Shown in pieces: positions 1 through 10,198 of a stretch of DNA of 64,000 nucleotides. The number at the start of each line of letters is the position of its first letter. Position 1 is the first letter of the stretch. A program made the translations under genes and the position numbers. Origin of the DNA: Vitrella brassicaformis CCMP3155 (lineage: Eukaryota; Protista; Chromerida); assembly GCA_001179505.1 (NCBI GenBank), contig CDMY01000400.1:22599-86598 (forward strand), read 5' to 3'. The notes under the pieces were generated by a model. That model saw only the letters and a list, made by a program, of their open reading frames with translations. It did no database searches and had not been told where the DNA came from.

Positions 1-1401
1 TTGTCTCTGACGTGTCATGCATGTCCAGCCCACATCAGAGCTGTTGTGACCGACCGATGGACAATGGACACTCACGGCTGACTGACACAGATGCGATGTG
101 CGGATGTTTAGCTGATGTGATCAAAAACACCTCTAACATGAAGCTGTAGGCTGCCCTAGGCGGTGTAGTTGTGTTCCCGCGTGTCTCTGTCATTTCACGA
201 TGTGTGACGTGACAGTGTCTGTCTGTCTCTGTGTCTGGGTTGCCGGTGTATTGCAATCCTCTCCACACGTTCGTTCATCGAATGATTCTAGACACCACAC
301 CACACCACACCATGCCACACGACACCATGTGTCACACAGTGGCGGATGGATCACACAGTAAGTAACTAACTGGTTGATGCAATCAATGTCGTGTCGCGTG
401 ATTTGAGTCTGACTTGCTCGCCGACACAGTTTGTTCATTCATCGCCGTTGCAACATCTCATCTGTCAGTCAATGCATCAATCCTCCTCAAAGAAAATGTC
501 CCTCCCCCTCCCTCCCCATGAACTATATATGATACACACCGCACCCACTCATCAAGTCTTTTCACCAAAGAAAGAAAAGGCATGATTTAATTTGCGGATG
601 GCTGAATGCAATGCATTTAGCCGCCCGATCGCCCGACCGACCGACCACTCAGTCAGTCAGTCGCCTCCTTTTGGCGCGGCGCACTTTTCTGCTCAGCTCA
701 TTGGGCGGAGGGGGCGCATCACTCACAGCCACACACATCAAATCACGCGCACTGAGCTCTCACAACACGTCACACGAAGACATACAGACCGACCAACACC
801 ACACACACACACACACACGTTCGTCGTACCAACTATTGGATGGCCAAGATCAGGCTAACACGCAATGCCAAACCCCACTCGACAACCGCCGAGGGAGCGC
901 ATCAGTGCAAAGCGCAAGAAGTCACTTGCCACAAACAAATCACAGACAAAGTACAGACACTACTGGCAGTCCTCATGAACCACCCGTCGCCAACCCCCCC
1001 CCCCCCNNNNNNNNNNNNNNNNNNNNNNNNNNNNNNNNNNNNNNNNNNNNNNNNNNNNNNNNNNNNNNNNNNNNNNNNNNNNNNNNNNNNNNNNNNNNNN
1101 NNNNNNNNNNNNNNNNNNNNNNNNNNNNNNNNNNNNNNNNNNNNNNNNNNNNNNNNNNNNNNNNNNNNNNNNNNNNNNNNNNNNNNNNNNNNNNNNNNNN
1201 NNNNNNNNNNNNNNNNNNNNNNNNNNNNNNNNNNNNNNNNNNNNNNNNNNNNNNNNNNNNNNNNNNNNNNNNNNNNNNNNNNNNNNNNNNNNNNNNNNNN
1301 NNNNNNCCCGGGCCCCACCAGAACAGTCACACACACACACACACACACACAAACTCAGACCTACATTCAGCGACAGAGCAGCGACAAACATGTCGGTGTG
1401 T

Positions 1402-2272
1402 CTACTCCCGGCGCAGGTGGCCACTGCAGCGGCCGTGGCAGTGGATGCAGCAGACGGGCTTGTTGGCGATCCACTGGAGGGTGCCCCTGGCGCAGCGGTG
1501 CTGGACGGGCGCGTGGTCGCACCTGATGCAGGTCTCCTCGTGTGGCTCGACACCCAACGGCGGCGGCAGCTCGTCGCCACGCTTGAACTCAAAGCCATCC
1601 GGACACGAATGCCTGATCAACAGACACACACACACACACACACACACCCATGGGGACGGTGACGGGTGGACGAGCCCTTTCCCGTGTTGCGGTGCTTACA
1701 GTCTCGGTGCGAAGTGCTTGGCGACGCACTTGTCGCCGCTCGGTTGGTAGCCAAAGGGGCACCTGAAGTCAGCCGGGTGCGTATGGGTGATGACGGACAC
1801 GTGGCGGTGCGCATCGAGAACGCCACGGGGGCAGTAGGGGTCGCGAGGGGCATACTGGATCCTGCCGGTGAAGGGGCACTTGGTGTGGCACTTGCTGCCG
1901 TCGGCTGTCAGCTGGTAGCCGAAGCGGCACCTGTACTCGGGAGGGCAGGTCTCCTCTGTGATGCAGGTGGTCCCCGACAGAGTGGCGTGGGGGTCCCTGC
2001 AGAAGGGAGTGCGGTTGGCGTACTGATACAGAACACACTGATTGCCCTCAACCACATAGCCCTGACGCACACACACATACACGCAGCCGATGCCTCATGA
2101 CGTCCTACTGAGTGTGAGTGTTTGTGTACCTGTTTGGCGCAATAGTAGTGTGGCTCGTGGCGGAACGGCTTGGCGCACTTGTCGTCGAGATGCACGAAGC
2201 CGTGTGGGCACTCGGGGAGGGGGTCCTCTCGGATGGGACAGAAACCATTCTTGGCCGCTGCGAGGGGCACAC
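1402..2272 (-). CDS. Oocyst-wall-protein-like Cys/His-rich secreted protein, copy 1 (5' end lost in gap)
   Basis: Spliced exons 2272-2130, 2061-1700 and 1612-1402 give CPIREDPLPECPHGF...YYCAKQ|GYVVEGNQC...CPFGYQPSGDKCVAKHFAPRL|HSCPDGFEF...HLRRE*. Repeated CPxG...C units resemble COWP/OWP repeats. Confidence 0.7.
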
Positions 2273-2668
2273 NNNNNNNNNNNNNNNNNNNNNNNNNNNN
2301 NNNNNNNNNNNNNNNNNNNNNNNNNNNNNNNNNNNNNNNNNNNNNNNNNNNNNNNNNNNNNNNNNNNNNNNNNNNNNNNNNNNNNNNNNNNNNNNNNNNN
2401 NNNNNNNNNNNNNNNNNNNNNNNNNNNNNNNNNNNNNNNNNNNNNNNNNNNNNNNNNNNNNNNNNNNNNNNNNNNNNNNNNNNNNNNNNNNNNNNNNNNN
2501 NNNNNNNNNNNNNNNNNNNNNNNNNNNNNNNNNNNNNNNNNNNNNNNNNNNNNNNNNNNNNNNNNNNNNNNNCCCCTCCCGGGCCCCACCAGAACAGTCA
2601 CACACACACACACACACACACTCAGACCTACATTCAGCGACAGAGCAGCGACAAACATGTCGCTGTGT

Positions 2669-3590
2669 CTACTCCCGGCGCAGGTGGCCACCGCAGCGGC
2701 CGTGGCAGTGGATGCAGCAGACGGGCTTGTTGGCGATCCACTGGAGGGTGCCCCTGGCGCAGCGGTGCTGGACGGGAGCGTGGTCGCACCTGATGCAGGT
2801 CTCCTCGTGTGGTCCGACACCCAACGGCGGCGGCAGCTCGTCGCCACGCTTGAACTCAAACCCATCCGGACACGAATGCCTGATCAACAGACACACACAC
2901 AGAGACACACCCATGGGGACGGTGACGGGTGGACGAGCCCTTTCCCGTGTTGCGGTGCTTACAGTCTCTCTGCGAAGTGCTTGGCGACGCACTTGTCGCC
3001 GCTCGGGTGGTAGCCAAAGGGGCACCTGAAGTCAGCCGGGTGCGTACGGGTGATGACGCACACGTGGCGGTGCGCATCGAGAACGCCACGGGGGCAGGAG
3101 GGGTCGCGAGGGGCATACTGGATCCTGCCGGTGAAGGGGCACTTGGTGTAGCACTTGCTGCCGTCGGCTGTCAGCTGGTAGCCGAAGCGGCACCTGTACT
3201 CGGGAGGGCAGGTCTCCTCTGTGATGCACGTGGTCCCCGACAGAGTGGCGTGGGGGTCCCTGCAGAAGGGAGTGCGGTTGGCGTACTGATACAGAACACA
3301 CTGATTGCCCTCAACCACATAGCCCTGACGCACACACACATACACGCAGCCGATGCCTCATGACGTCCTACTGAGTGTGAGTGTTTGTGTACCTGTTTGG
3401 CGCAATAGTAGTGTGGCTCGTGGCGGAATGGCTTGGCGCATTTGTCGTCGAGATGCACGAAGCCGTGTGGGCACTCGGGGAGGGGGTCCTCTCGGATGGG
3501 ACAGAAACCATTCTTGGCCGCTGCGAGGGGCACACAACAGGCCGCCAGGAGAGCCAGCACACACACCGCCACACCGCACTGGGAAATCAT
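2669..3590 (-). CDS. Oocyst-wall-protein-like Cys/His-rich secreted protein, copy 2 (complete, 3 exons)
   Basis: Exons 3590-3393, 3324-2963 and 2879-2669 have GT-AG junctions in compatible phase. Signal peptide MISQCGVAVCVLALLAACCVPLAAA is followed by tandem CPxG-xn-C repeats. Differs from copy 1 by several substitutions (CHTK/CYTK, APRL/AERL). Confidence 0.75.
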
Positions 3591-3953
3591 CTTTGTTCTT
3601 GTCGTTGCAGACAGGAGACCACTGAGGCAGGGATAAGAGAAGGTGGCACGGGAGAGAGGCAGGCGGACGCACAGAGAGATCTGAGTTCGGATGAATTATG
3701 ACGATGGCTGGAAGGATAGATAGAACGGACAGGGAGAGAGAGGCAAAACGGCGGGAGGGGGGAGAGGAGAAAAATCCCTCCCTCCATCCCTCCCTCCTAC
3801 CCTACCCTTAGCCAAGGTATCGTCCCAGATCTTCACTTCCCACCTTCCAGCCTTCCTACTTCCCGCTTCCCTCGGCCTCTCTCTTGGCATCATCACCTTC
3901 ATCCTTCCTCGACGACTTGATCATCGCTCTCTATCGCCCTGTTATCGTCGGCA

Positions 3954-5859
3954 ATGGCTCAGCTTGCGGGAATCGTGTGGACTCTGCTGGTCGCCCTGTC
4001 CCTGGTGGCCAGTCAGCCCTCTGCAAACAAGACGCCCGTGGTTTCCTACAGCACATTCAGCCTGGTGAGTGATGGTGCCGCCAACGACCAGCCGAGTGTC
4101 CGTGCGCTCAGCAGTCCGCCACCGCGTCCAGCTGGTGCAGCTGGCATCCACCGCATAATCGTCAAGCTCAAGCACCCACACACCGAGGGCCTTGCCCGCG
4201 CCGAGACCATCTCGAGGGCACTGCAGGCCTCCCTGTCAGCCGAGACCACCGTGCACACGGCTGAGACGACGGTCCACCACCTCAACAGCTTGTCCATGGA
4301 CGTGGTGGATCTGCCGCTAGGTGTCGATGCAGCGGCCACATGCGAGGCTGCCCTCCTGGCGTCGGATGAGATCGACATCTGCGAGCCGGATGCCGTTGTT
4401 GCGACGGCCTCTGGCCGCAGGCTGCGTGCCCGGGCAGCACAGGAGCCCAACCGCTTCGTGCCCGACGACCCAATCTTCAAGGAGCAGTGGGGGATGGCCA
4501 GCATCGATATGCCCGAGGCGTGGGCCTTCCTGTCTGAGCAGCAGCAGGAGACGGCCAGTGGGGCCGACTCAGTGGGCAAAGGTACGGTGGTCGGGGTGAT
4601 TGACACCGGTGTCGACTACACCCATCCGGACCTCAAGGACGCCATGTGGGTCAATCAAGGCGAGATCGCTGGCAACGGCATCGATGACGACGGTAGGGAT
4701 GCAGGGAGGGAGGGGGGGAGGGAGGGAGGAAGGGACATCCACACACACGATCTGCATGCATTCCTGGGTCTGTATGTGTCTGTGTGCAGGTAACGGCTTT
4801 GTTGATGACATTCACGGCTGGGCCTGGTGCGACGGATCCGAGAACCCGCACATTGGCGACGGCGATCCTATGGATGAGGGTGGCCATGGAACTCACTGTG
4901 CAGGTACCAGAACTCGCCCTCTCTCTTCGCATCATCACCTTGATCCTTCACCGACGACGTGATCACTGTGCAGGTACCATCGCAGCGACTGCCAACAACC
5001 AGGAGGGCATCGCAGGCGTCGCATTTGGCAGAACCAAGATCATAGCACTCAAATTCCTCTGCGGCGAGGTAAGTCGAATAACCATAGGGTCGCGGGGCGC
5101 TCAAATCACATGTCTGTGTGCCCCTACATCAGGATGGTCGGGGTTCCCTTGCTGACGCGGTCCACGCAATCAACTATGCCGTTGCCATGGGGGCCACGCT
5201 AACAAGCAACAGCTGGGGCTACCTTGGGTCTACTGCATACAGGGCGCTCGAGGAGGCCATCAGGGAGGCAGAGGAGGCCGACATGCTGTTCATCGCCGCG
5301 GCTGGCAACGACGACAACGACAATGACGGCCCCAGGAAAGGCTACCCGGCATCATCTGAGCTGGACAGCATCATCAGCGTCGGCGCGGCGACTAGAAATG
5401 GAGAGAAGGCGCCCTTCAGCAACTACGGCCTCGAGAGCGTTGACGTCTTTGCGCCGGGGACGAGAATCTTCTCGACGATGCCCGGTGGCAAGTATGCGGC
5501 AATGGGGGGCACCAGCATGGCAACGCCATTTGTCGCTGGTACGCAAGCACTGAGGACTGCTGTGTGATACCCATTAGACGATCCAATCGACTGTTGGTTT
5601 CTTTGTGACTTCAGGTTTGGCTGCCCTTCTGTGGTCGACGGATCCGGCGCAGAGCTATTGCGACATCAAGCATCGCATTCTGTCGACTTCCGAGAAGATG
5701 GACTCGCTCGAGGGCCTGTGCGTCACGGGGGGCCAGATCAACGCACTGAAGGCCGTCACGTGTGCCGATTGCAAATGGACCCCCACGGAGGAGCCGACGG
5801 CGGCTCCGACGGAAGTTCCCACGCAGGAGCCTACGACGGAGGAGCCGAGTACCCCGTAA
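3954..5859 (+). CDS. Secreted subtilisin-like serine protease (S8), paralog A
   Basis: Exons 3954-4692, 4790-4903, 4974-5068, 5133-5538 and 5615-5859. Contains signal peptide, prodomain, VIDTGVD (Asp), HGTHCAG (His), AAAGND (oxyanion Asn) and GTSMATP (Ser), plus a Thr/Glu/Pro-rich tail (PTEEPTAAPTEVPTQEPT). Confidence 0.95.
4904..4973 (+). other. 70-nt GT-AG intron present only in subtilisin paralog A, flanked by a 17-bp direct repeat
   Basis: tcactgtgcaggtacca occurs at 4893-4909 and 4963-4979. Paralog B (about 50488-50504) has a single copy with no insert. The filler resembles the leader at about 3871-3923 and 49460-49510. Confidence 0.8.
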
Positions 5860-7916
5860 GGGCCCCCACGGCTGGTTCGCTGACGAGAAGCTGCACTGAC
5901 GGCCGGGGGGAAGACTGCCTGCCTGCCTGCCTGCCTGCTGTCTGTAGCGGCGGATATGTATGTGTGTGAATGTCTGCGGCATGTTGGTGTACTGGCTGCA
6001 CTGTCTGTGCTGTGGTGTGGTGTGCTGTGCTCTAGCTTAGTAAGTGAGAGTCGTGTGTAGGTAGTTCTTCGTTCGTTCGTTCATTCGCTGGTCGGCCGGC
6101 AGCGCCGCGCCACTCACTGCCACTCAATGTCTCGCGCAGCCTAGTCGGCTGCATCTGCCCTTCGTTGTGTGTGAATGAAACAGCTCTCTCTCTCTGTGTC
6201 TCTCTCTCTGAATAGCTCTCTTTGTGAATACACTCGTACGTTAGTGCTGTGTTCATGTTCGTGCTTTGCCAAGCCGTCGGTGCACCGAGTTCTGACGCGA
6301 TCCGACGTGAGCTGAGCGGCTTGTTGTCTGTGCATATATGTGCATGTGTGCTGCGATCTGATCATTGGCTGTATAAATTTGTCGATAGCAACTGACTGCA
6401 CTGCACTGCACGCTGATCTGTGCATGTGTACACATTACACATGGGAGGGCGGGGTGGGGGATGGGACGGATAAGAGACCGACGAGAGACACATGCGCACC
6501 ACATATACATACGTCAAGTGAATGATATCATATGATCTATCCAAATGAAAACGAAATTCGGCACTGAGGCGGCTTGACAGCATTAACACACAAACTTGGC
6601 CGGACATGCGCGCAGACGGCCCGTGCTGTCGTTCCATCCATCCATCGCCTGTTCCATGAAAGGACAGTGAGCGACGCACACAGTACAATATGCGCGTCAG
6701 ACAGGCAGACGGGCGAGTGAGTCAACATCAGCCAGAGGGTGGATCGGATCCATCGCCTCTTCTCTATCCCGTGAGGCGTCATCGCCAGCGCCCCTCGCTG
6801 CACACGGGACAATAGAGAGACACGTGATAGCGAATCATCCCGAGGCGACGGGTTTATTGTCACAATCCGCCAAACCAAACAGACGTCTCTCTCCCTCCAT
6901 GCCTTTCCCTCCTCCTCAGCCCATGTAGCTCTTTGCTGCAGGTCCAGCCGCAACTTTTGTCTGCAGTGGATCTCTGACCTCTGGGGCACCTCTCCACCCC
7001 TCCAGCAGGCACGCGACATCGCTCCACCACTGTCTCACACCATGGAATCAGACCTGTGCGCTCCCTTGGTTGATGTGTGTGTCGCTCGCTCTTTCTTTGT
7101 GCAGAGGAGGGCAGGGGCAGCTGGGCCGGGAAGGGTGGGGTGGGATACTTGGTTGATCTTTTGTCGGTTCACACATTCACGTGACAACAACTTGAGGTGG
7201 ACGATGAGCGAGGCCGTTACGTATTTGTGGTGACGATTCATGGTGAAGTGTCCGTTCCTTTGTGTCCCCCAGGTGTCCCCCCAGCGTGTCAGTCATGCGA
7301 TGAAGAGAAACTCACTAGGCCGTCCCCTCCCACACGGAGCAGAAATCCACTACAAATGTACAACAAAGGGCACAGGTGCACTGCGAACTTTGCAGACAGA
7401 CAGACAGGGCACTACCGACACACACATGTGCGTGACAGACAAATGACCGTTTGTGACGAATGTGTGGGTATGCATGTGGTGGCCATAATGATATCATGCC
7501 CACCGCATCCACACCCACACCCACATCAGGCAACATCCACCCTCTCTCAGTCCAGAAAGCACACAAGCACACCACACCCATGATACCAACCCGGTGTTCC
7601 CCAGCCCCTGTCCCCTTCCCCACTTCCCCCACTCGTGTGTCTATTTACATGCTGAAGTCACACACATAACACAGTACACTGACAGGCAAAAGGCACACAC
7701 AACACCACACAACAAAAACTATGCAGTGCAGACGCATAACGCAAACAGCAAGACAGGCCAAGTGCTCTTCACACTTACGCAAACATGCACACACAACACG
7801 CAACAGGCATGCATTCATCTACAGACTTAATGAAAGAACAGTGACGACACATCGGAGGCAGACGAGTGCACAGACGGTGTGGGTCGGATCGAATCAGCTG
7901 ATTGGACCGAGACCTC

Positions 7917-8410
7917 TCAGTACCTCCGGAAGCCTGCACACATGTCCCGGACAGAGAGCTGCCCTGTGTCCTATGTGCTTCTGTCTCATCCCTTACATTT
8001 GTGGCGCCAGCAGCGATAGCCGGACCGGCAATGGCGGTCTTGACGACAATCATGAGGTCCTGCACAGCAAAAACCACAGAAGGGAGGGGTACGTGATGAT
8101 GCTCACTCACTGTCGGGCCAGTCGTGGGTGCGTTGTGGTCGTGCTCACCCAGTGCACGCAGGTTGCCCGACGTCGCAGGCCCGTCCTTCTTCCCTTCATC
8201 CCTCTCATAGGTCTCAGGCTCATCGACCAGCAAGTCCTCTTGTTCATCCACAATCGTCAGGCCAATGTCAGATCCATCAACAGCAGCAGGAGGGGCAGCA
8301 GTAGTGGAAGCGGGAGCAGCAGCTGTGCTGGCCACCGTGGCTGAGGGCATCCACACCGCCACAAGCAGAGAGGCGAAGACAACCAGTGTCAGGCGCGAGA
8401 AGAGAGCCAT
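7917..8410 (-). CDS. Secreted prepropeptide: signal + acidic pro-region + 4-Cys cationic peptide (paralog A)
   Basis: Exons 8410-8149, 8059-7997 and 7933-7917 give MALFSRLTLVVFASLLVAVWMPSAT...DEQEDLLVDEPETYERDEG...SGNLRAL-GPHDCRQDRHCRSGYRCWRHKCFRRY*. Confidence 0.7.
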
Positions 8411-8981
8411 GGACGCTGACGCCCAATCGAGAGCGGTTGAAAGAGAGAGAAGGGGGAACTGATTGATCCATCCCTCCTCCGCGCTCTAACTCTTCCGTGT
8501 AACGAACGTGCATGCTTAACGGCAGCTCTTTCGTCCTCCTTCCCTCTCCCCACCTCCGGCTGAGCCTCGTGCACTGCTCGCAGCATCATCGTATAGAGAG
8601 ATCGGCGGCTTTGTCCTGTTGGTTCCACTCATCAAGGCAAACACGGAGGACAAGAAATCGAAACCTGTCCGCGGCCCCTGATCAAGAAGGAGGGCATATG
8701 TAATCGACCGTCCCAGCGCATGGACACACGGACAATCTTACCCTTAACCACCACCACCCAGAAGGAGGGAGCCGTGTTATCGCTTGAAAGTGGTAGAGGA
8801 GTCAGGTTAAAAGGAACATTTAACCGTGTCTCGGCCCCACCCAATCACGGAAAAACAAGCGTATACACGTCTGTGTAGACAACGCACGCGTCTGTACAAC
8901 GAAACGAAGATGCAGCAGCCAGCTGTATAGACGCCATGCCATGAGCGACCGACAAACACAAAACACACTCTCTCCGCCCAC

Positions 8982-10075
8982 TTATTCTCTCAGGTACACT
9001 CCCCCCGCCACTGAACTGATTAGTCAGATGCGTATTCGTATCAGTCGGTGTCTCTTCTGTATCGTGGTGGTGTATGCTATGGGCGCCGTCTTGCTCACAG
9101 CTCGCCCTCCTTGGTCGACCCGCGGTGCTTGGCGACCGTCGAGTCGACTGATCACACCCACCCACCCACACACACATGCATATATATCCATGCGTCTGTA
9201 CATGTGTGTGGTGCGGTGTGCTGGTGTACGTGTGTACCTTGGATGCTGGCCGTGGCCCAAGGCCCGCGCTTTGGGAACTTGAGAGTATTCTCGGGCTGCA
9301 TGTATCATCAAATGCACTTGCATACGCGCGTGAGTGTGTTTGTATGTACCCAGCAGTCGAGTTCTCCTTGAAAGATACCGCAGATGCAATCCTCAACATC
9401 GCCGCCGTGCTGTGTTGGCACACACACATGCATACACGATGCATCCATCTCAAAGAGAATTCCATCGCATACGCGCTGGAATTTGCCGCAGTGGGTGCCA
9501 AGGGTGTCCTGAGAACACTTTATCACGTCCGAGAACCCCCCCGGAAGCGGTGTAAAGCACCTGCCGCCCTGCGTATCTGCACTCGCCCGCAGGCATGAAT
9601 GCATTCAGAAGAGACGCATCTCTGTTCCTTTCGTCTGTGCGGTCATCCATCCATCCATCCATCCATCCACGTATACCTATCTGGGCGAAGGAGCCGTCCT
9701 CGTCAGTATTCTTGCTGTGCTTGGTGGCCGTGGAATCGACTGCACAGTGCAGAGACCCCACACATCATGCGCACATGCAGAAATCCATGACTCGCGTGTG
9801 CACACCGTCACATGTGTATGGATCAGTCAGCGCTCCCTCACTCTCTTTGGTGCCGTCTTCTTCGGCGAATGCAGGTTCCGGAGGCACACAGTCGCCGGCA
9901 GGACCCTCCGCCCAGCCGAGAGGACACTATAATCAACACAACAAGACCCCCATACGCGTGAATGCATTCGTCGGCCATCGAAACGTACCCGCATCTTGAC
10001 GTCATGGGTTTTCGTGCCATCAGCGAGGCTCGCCAGGAACCCAGTGGCCAGCAGCACCACCACCAAACGCAACAT
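8982..10075 (-). CDS. Hypothetical secreted Cys-containing protein, multi-exon (3' end uncertain)
   Basis: Signal peptide MLRLVVVLLATGFLASLADG. Phase-compatible exons include CPLGWAEGPAGDCVPP, IDSTATKH, GRCFTPLPGG...HCGKFQR, GDVEDCICGIFQGELDCW and VDSTVAKH. Confidence 0.5.
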
Positions 10076-10198
10076 GGAGGAACCGAAAGCTGAAACCTTG
10101 GTAGACTGCGTTTACAAAAAGGGGTCGATCATCTATGGATCTCCGTCGGTTTCCGTCTTGATGTAGCCAAGTAGAGGTGTTGTCGTGCGTTGGAGAGG

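Larger units (their letters stand above)
2669..8420. repeat. Segmental duplication copy A (wall protein / subtilisin / spacer / prepropeptide)
   Basis: Collinear, same-orientation match to about 48175-54130, including introns and the non-coding spacer. Confidence 0.9.
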
